Source of the DNA: a virus
Lineage: Duplodnaviria > Caudoviricetes
Length of the DNA stretch: 33,597 nucleotides
Virus record (IMG/VR): IMGVR_UViG_3300044491_000588
Coordinates: 1 to 33,597 of that record
Strand: one strand, 5' to 3'
The position numbers were made by a program, and so were the translations under genes. Below the pieces are notes generated by a model. It was not told where the DNA came from, searched no databases, and saw nothing but the letters and a program-made list of their open reading frames with translations. Position 1 is the stretch's first letter. Each line of letters starts with the position of its first letter. This document shows, one piece after another, positions 1 through 9,819 of this stretch.

Positions 1-441
1 ATGACGGAGGCAATACATTTTATAAGGAGGGCGATTATAACACGCCTAACGGATGCAATTACTGTAAATGGTAGTTATGTACCAGTTTATAATAGAGTGC
101 CTAACGATGCCTCTGAGCCTTATATACGAGTCTATTCTGTAGATTCTAATGAGGTAGATCAAAACGTTGATACTTTTATGCTAGAATGTAGCACCAGAAT
201 TGAGGTAGTTACATCCTTTATAGGAGATGATGGCGGAGAGTTACAGGCTAATCAAATAGCATCTGAAATATTAACACTAATTAGAACTCGCTCTGGTAAT
301 TATTTTGACCTTAGCGCTGATGGATTTAATGTTTACACTTGTACAAATGAGGGGACTAGTTATCTATATGAGGATGGCGTAGAAAAAACATATTTTAGAG
401 CAATATTAACTATCTCGAATAGAGTAGAACAAACTGCATAA
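1..441 (+). CDS. Tail terminator / tail completion protein (DUF3168, gp17-like)
   Basis: 146 aa with VPVYNRVP..A..PYI motif; follows the HK97 gp10-like gene across the circular junction. Confidence 0.75.
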   Translation: MTEAIHFIRRAIITRLTDAITVNGSYVPVYNRVPNDASEPYIRVYSVDSNEVDQNVDTFMLECSTRIEVVTSFIGDDGGELQANQIASEILTLIRTRSGNYFDLSADGFNVYTCTNEGTSYLYEDGVEKTYFRAILTISNRVEQTA

Positions 442-442
442 A

Positions 443-592
443 ATGGAAAATTTAAAAATTTGGGGAGTTAATTTGTCAGCATTAGGAATATCATTAGTGA
501 ATATAAATTCGATTTTAACAACTTTGGTGCTGTTAGCATCATTAGTCTGGACCATTGTACAAATAAGTGATAAAATAAATAAAAGAAAATGA
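443..592 (+). CDS. Small membrane protein, holin-like (49 aa; not in ORF track)
   Basis: MENLKIWGVNLSALGISLVNINSILTTLVLLASLVWTIVQISDKINKRK: hydrophobic core and basic C-tail; fills the gap exactly, with ATGA overlap into the next gene. Confidence 0.7.
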   Translation: MENLKIWGVNLSALGISLVNINSILTTLVLLASLVWTIVQISDKINKRK

Positions 593-882
593 GCAGTAAA
601 ATAGACATCAATGGCGATGGTAAAGCAGATTTTTCTGTATCGCCAACTCAAATTATATCAGTAGCTGTAATGTTTGCATCTATTATTGGATCATATTATA
701 CTCTAAATGGCAGACTAGATGCTGCTGAATCTGAGATAACAAAATTAAAATATAACGAAAAGGAGTACACCTGGAAAGCGCAAAGAGCATTAGAGGCTGA
801 GGTGAGAGAGATAACTCTTGAGATGAGAGATTTTATGAAAGACTTAGAATATCTATCAAAGGATAACTCAAAGCGTAGGTGA
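589..882 (+). CDS. Membrane-anchored coiled-coil protein (possible lysis accessory, i-spanin-like)
   Basis: 97 aa; one TM segment (IISVAVMFASIIGSYY) followed by a heptad-like region; lies in the lysis cassette. Confidence 0.5.
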   Translation: MSSKIDINGDGKADFSVSPTQIISVAVMFASIIGSYYTLNGRLDAAESEITKLKYNEKEYTWKAQRALEAEVREITLEMRDFMKDLEYLSKDNSKRR

Positions 883-932
883 AAACAGGAACTGTAGGAA
901 ACACTTTAAACTATAATTTAAACACAATTAAT

Positions 933-1100
933 ATGAATACAATTTTAATAATTATCACAGGAGTAATTGCTATCTCAGCAATCGCTATGGTTTTAGCATC
1001 TTATAACATTGTAAAAGATGAGAACGGAAACAAAATCCCAGACTGGGTAGAGGATAAATTCTCAGATATTAAAGAGGAAATTAAAAAACTAAAAAAATAA
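933..1100 (+). CDS. Small membrane protein (55 aa)
   Basis: ATG at 933 after an A-rich leader; N-terminal TM helix, then DENGNKIPD and a basic tail. Confidence 0.65.
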   Translation: MNTILIIITGVIAISAIAMVLASYNIVKDENGNKIPDWVEDKFSDIKEEIKKLKK

Positions 1101-1103
1101 GCA

Positions 1104-1565
1104 ATGAGATTTATCAGCAAACATATCAGCTGGAGGGAGGCGAGTCATTCAGCGACAGCGGAGAAAAAAGAGATCGACAATACACCACCAGAGGTGGCTG
1201 TGCAAAACATGAAAAAACTTGCCAAAAATGTATTCGAGCCGCTCAGAGAATGGGCAGCAGAGCCAATTCGTGTTAACAGTTTTTATCGGTCTATTGAGTT
1301 AAATGATGCAATTAAGGGCAGTAGAACCTCTCAGCACACTAAAGGACAGGCTATAGATATTGATGCAACTGGTATGAAAACTAATGCAGAACTATTCAAT
1401 TACATCAAAGATGAATTAGATTTCGACCAGCTTATCTGGGAGTTTGGCGATGATGAGAATCCAGACTGGGTTCATGTTTCCTATGTAGGACCAGCTGGCA
1501 ATAGAGGCAATGTACTTAGAGCTGTAAAAAAAGGCAGAAAAACAACATACGAAATCTATGCTTAA
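1104..1565 (+). CDS. Endolysin, peptidase M15 family
   Basis: NSFYRS, SQHTKGQAID (SxHxxGxAxD) and WVHVS zinc-peptidase motifs. Confidence 0.9.
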   Translation: MRFISKHISWREASHSATAEKKEIDNTPPEVAVQNMKKLAKNVFEPLREWAAEPIRVNSFYRSIELNDAIKGSRTSQHTKGQAIDIDATGMKTNAELFNYIKDELDFDQLIWEFGDDENPDWVHVSYVGPAGNRGNVLRAVKKGRKTTYEIYA

Positions 1566-1932
1566 ATTCTTGCTTTCTCTTATTGGCAAAAGCGACAAAG
1601 GTCGATCTAATATAGGTGGACTGGCTTTGGACATTAGAGAGGCTATAAAAGGCAAAGAGATGGATCCTCAGCGCCTTATAGAACTCCAGGCAGAGATTAA
1701 TAAAGTAGAGGCTCAGAGTCGACATTGGTTTGTTTCCTCTTGGCGCCCATTTATAGGATGGATTTGCGGTTTGGCTTTTGGCTTTCATTATATTGTTATG
1801 CCACTGCTTTTAGCTTATACCGATATTAAGCCAGTAGAGTTTGACACTAACAGCCTTTTCACAGTACTAATGGGTATGCTAGGTTTAGGCGGACTTAGAA
1901 CATACGAAAAGCTAAAAGATAAAACTAAGTGA
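1558..1932 (+). CDS. Holin, 3TM (GTA-holin-like) family
   Basis: INKVEAQS..WFVSSWRPFIGW and MLGLGGLRTYEK motifs; adjacent to the endolysin. Confidence 0.85.
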   Translation: MLKFLLSLIGKSDKGRSNIGGLALDIREAIKGKEMDPQRLIELQAEINKVEAQSRHWFVSSWRPFIGWICGLAFGFHYIVMPLLLAYTDIKPVEFDTNSLFTVLMGMLGLGGLRTYEKLKDKTK

Positions 1933-2021
1933 TGGGAAAAGCATTAAATCGTAGAGGTAAATATAGTCACTGCACCAGAGCGCAAAAGCAAGGCAGAAAT
2001 AAACCAGCTAAAAAGAAATAA
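1932..2021 (+). CDS. Very basic 29-aa peptide (not in ORF track)
   Basis: MGKALNRRGKYSHCTRAQKQGRNKPAKKK; TGATG overlap with the holin stop; ends just before the next ATG at 2023. Confidence 0.55.
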   Translation: MGKALNRRGKYSHCTRAQKQGRNKPAKKK

Positions 2022-2022
2022 T

Positions 2023-2304
2023 ATGGCTACACAGGAATTATATAGTGCTAACAATTTTTATAGATTACAGTTTGGCGATTTTGGGTTTAGACACCTAGAT
2101 TCTAACAATACAAATACTACTCCAGATGGAGAGCATTATGGTCTGATAGAGTCACTAGGAAACACTACTTTAACTTTTACAAACCTTACTAATGGAGGTG
2201 ATACGACAGTGACATTAACTCTAAAAGATTTCCATTCTATTAGAGGTCACATGACCGATATTACTGTGACTGCTGGAGAGTGCATAGCATACCTTAGAAA
2301 ATGA
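2023..2304 (+). CDS. Hypothetical protein, probably virion-associated (Thr-rich, beta-like)
   Basis: 93-aa ORF directly upstream of the fibre genes. Confidence 0.6.
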   Translation: MATQELYSANNFYRLQFGDFGFRHLDSNNTNTTPDGEHYGLIESLGNTTLTFTNLTNGGDTTVTLTLKDFHSIRGHMTDITVTAGECIAYLRK

Positions 2305-2327
2305 TTAAATTTGTAGAAAATACATAG

Positions 2328-4610
2328 ATGGCTACATTCACTGGAAATAAAATAAAAGATACTTATCAATCAATAGTTAAAGCTATAGATAATGATGAGG
2401 TAGGCGGAACTGATAAGCAGCTAACTGATGGAGTTGGTAATGAATTGGGACTCCATGTAAATACATCTGGTGATTTAAGAGTCGAGGGTGATCTTAGAGT
2501 TGATGGAACTATAAAAGATTCTCTAAACTCGCCAGGCACAAATGGTCAATTATTAAGCAGCACACTTACAGGAACTGACTGGGTAGATGCTAGCACATTT
2601 TCAGTAACATCTTTAACAGGCGGAACTGGAATAGATGCCGATGCTAGCCAAGGTGATGTGACTATTTCTCTAAATACAGAGGATTTCCAGGATCTTATAG
2701 GCGCTATGGTTTCTGGTAATACAGAAAGTAATATTACAGTAGAGTATGATGATACCAATGGAAAGCTAAATTTCACAGTTTCTGATTTAGGCGAAACTTA
2801 CACAGCTGATGAGGTTACTTTAAACCTAGATGGCAGCAATCAATTCGCTGTAGCTGATGGCGGAATAGATACTGATCAACTAGCCTCAGATGCTGTTACA
2901 GATGATAAAATAGCAGCTAACTCAGTTGGCGCTAGTGAATTAAAAGTAGATGGAAACGGAACTGCACTAAAGTCATTATTATCTGATGGCGATGGCACTT
3001 TTTCCTGGGTGGATGTAGTTAGGTCTATAGCTACTGACTCAATAATAGCAGCTAATGTATCTACAGGAGCTGTTACATTATCACTTACAAATAATTCAAT
3101 AGGTGCTGATAAATTAAATGTAGCTGGTAATGGTACAAGTGGTCAAGTTTTAACATCTGATGGCGATGGATCATTTAGCTGGGATGATATTGCTGGAGGA
3201 GGCGGTGGTACAACAAATGTAAATCTAGAGATTTATAGAGATAACTTTACAGCGGATGGAACTGACTACCAGTACACGCTGTCACAGTCAATATCAGATG
3301 AGAATGACATACAAGTTTATTTTGATGGGGTTTATCAATCAAAAGATAATTTCTCTGTATCTGGTACTACTTTAGATTTTGGTACAGGAAATGAGGTAGA
3401 GTCTGGAGTAGAGATAGAGGTAATAATTTTTGGAGCTACCTCAGTAACGTTATTAGGCGGCTCTGGATCAACAAACTTTTTACCAATATTTACAACTTCA
3501 ACAGAGGTAGGAAACTCTAGTATTTCCCAGGCTAATAATATTTTAGATGTAGATTTAAATGGAGCTGTAACAATTCCAGTAGGTACTACAGCAGAGCGAC
3601 CAGGAACGCCAGAGGTAGGAATGTTTAGATATAATACTACCTTAAATCAATATGAGGTTTATGATGGCTCTAGTTTTGTAGAATTAGGTAATACTTATAC
3701 AGCTGGACAGGGTATCGCCCTGGATGGATCTAATGAGTTTACAGTAGCAGCTGGCTCTGGATTAACCCAGGAAACAAATGGACTGGCTCATGATGATACA
3801 TCTAGCCAGGCATCTTTAACAGCAAGCTCTAGGACTTATGTAACTGGCGTGACTCTAGATACTTATGGTCATGTTACAGGATTAACAACTGCTACAGAAA
3901 CTGTTACAGATACAACATACAGCGCTACTGGCAATGGCTTAGATTTAGTTGGTACTGCATTTAGTCACGCTGATACCTCATCTCTAGCATCTACATCAAA
4001 CTCTGGCAGGACTTATATACAAAATGTAACTGTAGATGAATTTGGACACCTTACAGGAGTCACTACTGCTACAGAAACCGCTGGCGATGCTAGTACTTAT
4101 ACTGCTGGAAATGGATTACAATTATCTGGATCTAATGAATTTAGTGTTACACAGGACATTTATGGAATTAGAATTTTAGGCACAGCGGATCAAAGCAACT
4201 TTATATATATAAATGAGGATAACTCAATACAGTTTTATGTAAACGGTAACTATGTAGCTAAAATGGAAGCTGGTGGCAATTTTCACGCTGATGGCGATGT
4301 CGTAGCATTTTCACAATCCACCTCATCTGATGAGCGCCTAAAAGATAATATTAAAACAATAGAAAGCGCCTCAGACAAAATAAAACAACTAAAAGGAGTT
4401 GAGTTTACCTGGAAAAAGAATGGTAAAAATGGCGGTGGAGTAATTGCCCAGGATGTCGAGAAAGTTTTACCAGGAGCTGTAAAAGAGGTGGAGTCGTTAA
4501 ATGGCGAGCAAAGCTATAAGGCAGTAGATTATAATGCTGTTATAGGATTACTAATAGAAACAAACAAAGAGCTTTTAGAGCGTATTGAGAAACTAGAAAA
4601 CAAAGGATAA
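2328..4610 (+). CDS. Long tail fibre with C-terminal peptidase S74 intramolecular chaperone
   Basis: 760 aa, rich in T/G/D/S with internal repeats; C-terminus SDERLKDNI...GVIAQDVEKVLP...VDYNAVIGLLIE plus coiled coil. Confidence 0.88.
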   Translation: MATFTGNKIKDTYQSIVKAIDNDEVGGTDKQLTDGVGNELGLHVNTSGDLRVEGDLRVDGTIKDSLNSPGTNGQLLSSTLTGTDWVDASTFSVTSLTGGTGIDADASQGDVTISLNTEDFQDLIGAMVSGNTESNITVEYDDTNGKLNFTVSDLGETYTADEVTLNLDGSNQFAVADGGIDTDQLASDAVTDDKIAANSVGASELKVDGNGTALKSLLSDGDGTFSWVDVVRSIATDSIIAANVSTGAVTLSLTNNSIGADKLNVAGNGTSGQVLTSDGDGSFSWDDIAGGGGGTTNVNLEIYRDNFTADGTDYQYTLSQSISDENDIQVYFDGVYQSKDNFSVSGTTLDFGTGNEVESGVEIEVIIFGATSVTLLGGSGSTNFLPIFTTSTEVGNSSISQANNILDVDLNGAVTIPVGTTAERPGTPEVGMFRYNTTLNQYEVYDGSSFVELGNTYTAGQGIALDGSNEFTVAAGSGLTQETNGLAHDDTSSQASLTASSRTYVTGVTLDTYGHVTGLTTATETVTDTTYSATGNGLDLVGTAFSHADTSSLASTSNSGRTYIQNVTVDEFGHLTGVTTATETAGDASTYTAGNGLQLSGSNEFSVTQDIYGIRILGTADQSNFIYINEDNSIQFYVNGNYVAKMEAGGNFHADGDVVAFSQSTSSDERLKDNIKTIESASDKIKQLKGVEFTWKKNGKNGGGVIAQDVEKVLPGAVKEVESLNGEQSYKAVDYNAVIGLLIETNKELLERIEKLENKG

Positions 4611-5713
4611 TGCCATTACCTAGCAGCGGTCAATTAAGTTTATCAGAGATAGCTACTGAATATGGGGTTACTCAATCCAATGTATCTTTATCAACTATGT
4701 CGGTGGATATATCACTTACAGCGCCTCACGCTGTATCTGAGTTTTATGGCAGATCAGCTGGTCCTAGTTATACTCCGCTAGGATATACAGTTATAAATCA
4801 GCCAGGTGCTTTAGAGCCTTGGAGGATTTATCATAATAATGGTAGATGGCACATTACAGGAGCGGAAAATCAAAATGAGTATGATATATCTGATAATAAT
4901 GCCTCATCATTTTCACAGGGCGTAAACTTTTTGCTTTTAAACGCCTCACTAGCTTTTAATGGAAATACTGTTTGCTCAATAGATTTAAGCGCAAATAACC
5001 AGGATTTTAGAATAGGTAGATCAACAAATAATGGTACAAGCTGGACTAATGTTTTCAATGATCTAGGAGGTAATTTTAGTGGATTTCGCAGAGGAACTCA
5101 AATGTTTTACCATGGCAGTAATCGCTGGGTAGCTTTTAGTAATTATACAAATTACATATCTACTAATAATGGCTCTACCTGGTCATTTAATTTTGGACCT
5201 AGCATTGGTAATTATGGAGGAGGCGCACAATCTGGATCTAGGATTATAGTCAATGATGATAATAATTTTTATTTGAGTGATAATGGTTTTAGCACTTATA
5301 CTACAATAGCTTTGCCTTTTGTTTCTGGATCGAGATACAAGCCTAATAACATAGCTACTGATGGCTCTGGAACTTGGCTAGCCTGGAAATGGATACCAGG
5401 AGGCAGAATGTTAAAATCTACTAATAATGGATCGAGCTGGAGTGCGATTAGCACTGATTTACCAGCTTATGTTAATGGGATTACATATAAATATAATAAC
5501 GGAACTTATGGCGATGGCGCTTTCCATATAGCAGCGAGCGAATACGCTGGATCTATGACTGGAGGAGTTTTTACGTCAACTAATAACGGATCTAATTTTA
5601 ATTTTAATCCATTAGTAGGTCCAACGTATGGAAGTAAGGGAGCAAATGCTGTGCATCATAATGGCTCAGATATGGTAGCTGGTAACAGAATCCATTATTT
5701 TAAATTCAATTAA
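4610..5713 (+). CDS. Asp-box/BNR-like repeat (probable beta-propeller) receptor-binding protein
   Basis: Repeats STNNGTSW, STNNGSTW, STNNGSSW, STNNGSNF; TAATG overlap with the S74 fibre gene. Confidence 0.7.
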   Translation: MPLPSSGQLSLSEIATEYGVTQSNVSLSTMSVDISLTAPHAVSEFYGRSAGPSYTPLGYTVINQPGALEPWRIYHNNGRWHITGAENQNEYDISDNNASSFSQGVNFLLLNASLAFNGNTVCSIDLSANNQDFRIGRSTNNGTSWTNVFNDLGGNFSGFRRGTQMFYHGSNRWVAFSNYTNYISTNNGSTWSFNFGPSIGNYGGGAQSGSRIIVNDDNNFYLSDNGFSTYTTIALPFVSGSRYKPNNIATDGSGTWLAWKWIPGGRMLKSTNNGSSWSAISTDLPAYVNGITYKYNNGTYGDGAFHIAASEYAGSMTGGVFTSTNNGSNFNFNPLVGPTYGSKGANAVHHNGSDMVAGNRIHYFKFN

Positions 5714-5741
5714 AAAGATTAATTTTGTATAAATTAGAATT

Positions 5742-8498
5742 ATGGCAGTAACTAAGGTAACAACAAAGGTTTTAGCGGATGATGCGGTAACTATTGACAA
5801 AATAGCTGATGCTGCTTTAGTAACTGAAACTGAGGGTATATCATCTAATGATAATGACACTACAATACCTACCTCAGCTGCTGTAAAAGACTATGTAGAT
5901 ACCCAGGATGCTACAAAAGAGGACACTATAACTGGAGCTGCCACTACAATAACTAGCAGCGATTTAACAGCCTCTAAAGCGCTTGTTTCAAATGCAAGTG
6001 GAAAAGTAGCCGCCAGCACAGTAACTGATACTGAGCTGGGATATGTTTCTGGAGTAACTAGCAGCATCCAGGATCAATTTGACAATTTAACAGACAATAA
6101 CACCACATACACCATAGCAGCTGCTGATGGCGATAATACTGATGAGGAAAAAATAGTTTTAACTGGTAGCGATGCTACTACAGATACTGTAGTGCTAGAG
6201 GCTGGAACTGGTTTATCTATTTCTAGGACTGGCGATAAAATTACTTTCACAAATACTGTTACAGATACTGATACAGTTTTAACTGCTGAACAAGTTGAGG
6301 ATATTGTAGGTGCTATGGTTTCCTCAAATAGCGAAACTGGAATAACAGTCAGTTATGATGATACAAACGGAAAAATAGATTTTGCTGTAGATTCTCAAAC
6401 AGATGAGAATTTTACAAGCGCCTTAAAAACTAAATTAGACGGAATTGCATCTGGAGCTGAGGTAAATCAAAACGCTTTCTCTACTATTGCAGTAAGTGGG
6501 CAAACCTCAGTCAATGCGGATTCCAATACTGATACTTTAACTTTTGCTGCTGGCGCTGGGATAACCTTGACTACTGATGCTGGAACTGATACAGTTACAA
6601 TAACATCAACTGCTACAGGCTCTGCTAGCGACGCCTTTAAAACAATATCAGTTGCTGGTCAAAATGATGTAGTCGCTGATGGTGCTACAGATACTTTAAC
6701 GCTCGCTGCTGGCAATAATATTACTTTAACCACTAATGCAACTACAGACACCATTACAATAGCCTCAACTGCCTCTGGTGGTGGAGGAGGTGGCTCAGTT
6801 AATGTAGTTACTACACAATATACAGGTGATGGATCAACTCAAGGTTTTGCTTTAGATAGCACGCCAGGTGATAATGATGCTGTCCAGGTTTATTTAAATG
6901 GTGTTTACCAGGTTAAAGATGCTGCAAATTATTCAATAAGTGGATCGACTCTGACGTTTGTTACTCCACCCACCAACTCTACAGCGATAGAATTGGTCCA
7001 CTTTATTTCAGAGGCTGCTACCTCTTTAGATTCTGTACAAAAAACAGGCGATGGCACTACAGCCACCTTTGATTTAGGTTATACAATAACTGATGAAAAA
7101 TATACGTTTGTATTCATACAGGGAGTCTACCAGGAAAAATCTACATACACTACTAGCGGATCATCAATAACTTTTAGCACGCCTCCTCAGAATGGTTATA
7201 GCATAGAGGTAATGGTTTTTGGTACAAGTTCTATCTCTGCTGGTGGCGGAGGTATTACCTGGGACACTGATGTAAAAGTTGCAAACTTTGGAACAACTGC
7301 TGGATCTGGTTATTTTGTTAATACTACAAGTTCTGCAATTACTGTAACACTCCCAAGTAGTCCAACTGCTGGTGATGAGGTTTCTATAGTTGATTACGCT
7401 GGTACTGCTGACACTAACAATATTACAATAACATCATCTGATAATATTAATGGCTTATCTAATGATGTTAAAATAGATTACGAAAGAGGTGGAGTGTCTA
7501 TGGTTTATGTAGATGCTACTCAAGGCTGGATAGCATATAACGCCAACAATGAAACAGCTGAGGCTTTAATTGATATACCTACTATAGTAACAGTTGATTA
7601 CTTAGTGGTTTCTGGTGGTGGTGGTGGTGGAGGCGTTGGTGTAAGTATTTTTGGCGGCGGCGGCGGCGGAGCTGGTGGATTAAGAACAAGCTACACAAAT
7701 ACATCATCTCTAAATGGTCATAATGAGTCTAGTCTAACTCTAAATCCAGCTACAAATTATACAGTTTCAGTAGGTCCTGGAGGATCTTATAGTGCATCAT
7801 CAAGAGGCGCAAATGGCACAAACTCAATATTTTCAAGCATAACATCTACAGGAGGTGGAGGTGGCGCATTAGGGAATGATCTTGCTGCTACTAAAGTAGG
7901 AAAAGATGGAGGCTCTGGTGGAGGGGGTGGTTACCAGGGAGGCGTTGGCGGTTCAGCTGTTACATCGCCTGTAACTCAAGGTCACGATGGAGCCACAAAT
8001 GATGCCTCTGGTACTGGTGGTGGAGGTGGTGGTGCTGGTGATGCCGCTGATAATACTCCTACTGTAGGTGATGCTGGAGTAGGTTTGGCTGTAAATATTA
8101 TAAACGCATCAAATGCTACTACTGCTGGAATAGGCGAAATATCTGGATCAGATGTTTACTTTGCTGGCGGTGGCGGTGGTGGTGATAAGGCTGGTGATAC
8201 ATCTACAACTTTTGGAACTGGTGGCAATGGTGGGGGTGGCAATGGAGCATCAGACTTTTATACGACAGTAGCTGAACAAGGTTCAAATAATACTGGAGGC
8301 GGAGGCGGTGGAGGATCATCAGACGATTTAGCTGGTGCAAGTGGCGGATCTGGAGTGGTAATAATACGATACCCAAGTAGTTTCTCAGTAACAGAAACAA
8401 CCTCACCAAGTGTACTAACTTTCAATACATATACAGAGGGTAGCGACAAAGTAACAGTATTTACAGCTGGAGAAAACGGAACTATACAATTTAGCTAA
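5742..8498 (+). CDS. Fibre/adhesin with C-terminal glycine-rich domain (paralog 1)
   Basis: 918 aa; shaft repeats, two TGDG beta-domains, then a DYLVVxGGG...GGSGVVIIRYP domain. Confidence 0.8.
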   Translation: MAVTKVTTKVLADDAVTIDKIADAALVTETEGISSNDNDTTIPTSAAVKDYVDTQDATKEDTITGAATTITSSDLTASKALVSNASGKVAASTVTDTELGYVSGVTSSIQDQFDNLTDNNTTYTIAAADGDNTDEEKIVLTGSDATTDTVVLEAGTGLSISRTGDKITFTNTVTDTDTVLTAEQVEDIVGAMVSSNSETGITVSYDDTNGKIDFAVDSQTDENFTSALKTKLDGIASGAEVNQNAFSTIAVSGQTSVNADSNTDTLTFAAGAGITLTTDAGTDTVTITSTATGSASDAFKTISVAGQNDVVADGATDTLTLAAGNNITLTTNATTDTITIASTASGGGGGGSVNVVTTQYTGDGSTQGFALDSTPGDNDAVQVYLNGVYQVKDAANYSISGSTLTFVTPPTNSTAIELVHFISEAATSLDSVQKTGDGTTATFDLGYTITDEKYTFVFIQGVYQEKSTYTTSGSSITFSTPPQNGYSIEVMVFGTSSISAGGGGITWDTDVKVANFGTTAGSGYFVNTTSSAITVTLPSSPTAGDEVSIVDYAGTADTNNITITSSDNINGLSNDVKIDYERGGVSMVYVDATQGWIAYNANNETAEALIDIPTIVTVDYLVVSGGGGGGGVGVSIFGGGGGGAGGLRTSYTNTSSLNGHNESSLTLNPATNYTVSVGPGGSYSASSRGANGTNSIFSSITSTGGGGGALGNDLAATKVGKDGGSGGGGGYQGGVGGSAVTSPVTQGHDGATNDASGTGGGGGGAGDAADNTPTVGDAGVGLAVNIINASNATTAGIGEISGSDVYFAGGGGGGDKAGDTSTTFGTGGNGGGGNGASDFYTTVAEQGSNNTGGGGGGGSSDDLAGASGGSGVVIIRYPSSFSVTETTSPSVLTFNTYTEGSDKVTVFTAGENGTIQFS

Positions 8499-8510
8499 TA
8501 AAACGTAATT

Positions 8511-9791
8511 ATGGCACAAACGAAAGTAAAAGAGGGTTTAATAGATGCAACGCTAGGAGGCGGAGTGACTTGGGATAGCACAGCTAAAACAGCTAACTTC
8601 CCAGCTGCTGCTGGCTCTGGATATTTAGTTGATACCTCTAGTAGCGCCATAACTGTAACGCTGCCCAGTTCGCCTAGTGTAGGTGATGAGGTGACCCTAG
8701 TTGATTATGGTGCTAATGCTGCAACTAATAACATTATTATAACCAGCTCTGATGATATTGAGGATTCTACTGATGATGTAAAAATTGATTATAATAAAGG
8801 ATCCGTAGTGTTATTTTATTCTGGCGCTACAAAAGGGTGGCTTGTTAAATCAGCCGCTAATGAAACCGCTACAGCTTTAGCATCAAACTTACTTCCATTA
8901 ACAGTTGATTATTTAGTAGTTGCTGGCGGTGGTGGTGGAGGATCTGTATTTAATTCAGGTTATGGAGGCGGCGGCGGCGGCGGAGCTGGAGGATTAAGAA
9001 CGTCTTATGGCTCTATAACTGGAGGAGGTGGTTCTGCCGAATCATCTTTAAGCCTATCCTCATCTACAAATTATACAGTAACTGTAGGTCCTGGCGGAGC
9101 TGGAGGTGGAGAATCAACTAATAATCCAGGTTCTAATGGTGACGATTCTGTATTTAACACAATAACCTCTAAGGGCGGCGGAGGTGGTGGTAACTGGGGA
9201 CAAGTGCAAGCTAATGCACAAGGTTTAGATGGTGGATCTGGTGGTGGTGGCGCTCGTAGCTATAGTGGTGGAGCTGCTTTAACCTCGCCTGTAGTAATGG
9301 GCTATGCTGGTGGTGATACTGGAGGTAATTCTGGTGGAGGTGGCGGTGGAGGAGCATCTGAAATTGGCTTTGATGCCTCATTACATTCTGGTGTAGATGA
9401 TAAAGGTGGTAATGGTGGTGATGGCTTAGAGGTTAACATTACTGGTGGAACTGGCAATTATTATGCTGGAGGAGGTGCTGGTGGAGCTTTTGGATCATCA
9501 CCGCCACAGGCTACAGGCGGTACTGGCGGAGGTGGAAATGGAGGCTGGAATTCTGGATATGCAACTGCTGGAACTCCTAATACTGGAGGTGGTGGCGGAG
9601 CAGGTGCAAATTTAGCAAGGACAGGGCAATCTGGCGGATCTGGAGTTGTAATATTACGCTATCCAAATGCTTACAGTATATCTGAAACAACCTCTGGAGG
9701 AAATGTATTATCATTTACAACTGCCACAGATGGTAGCGACAAAGTTACTACGTTTACAGCTGGAGATGGAACTATACAATTTTCGACATAA
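8511..9791 (+). CDS. Glycine-rich adhesin-like virion protein (paralog 2)
   Basis: 426 aa; GYLVDTSSSAITVTLPSSP domain plus the same glycine-rich domain. Confidence 0.8.
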   Translation: MAQTKVKEGLIDATLGGGVTWDSTAKTANFPAAAGSGYLVDTSSSAITVTLPSSPSVGDEVTLVDYGANAATNNIIITSSDDIEDSTDDVKIDYNKGSVVLFYSGATKGWLVKSAANETATALASNLLPLTVDYLVVAGGGGGGSVFNSGYGGGGGGGAGGLRTSYGSITGGGGSAESSLSLSSSTNYTVTVGPGGAGGGESTNNPGSNGDDSVFNTITSKGGGGGGNWGQVQANAQGLDGGSGGGGARSYSGGAALTSPVVMGYAGGDTGGNSGGGGGGGASEIGFDASLHSGVDDKGGNGGDGLEVNITGGTGNYYAGGGAGGAFGSSPPQATGGTGGGGNGGWNSGYATAGTPNTGGGGGAGANLARTGQSGGSGVVILRYPNAYSISETTSGGNVLSFTTATDGSDKVTTFTAGDGTIQFST

Positions 9792-9819
9792 TAAAAATTA
9801 ATAATTAATAATAACAAAG

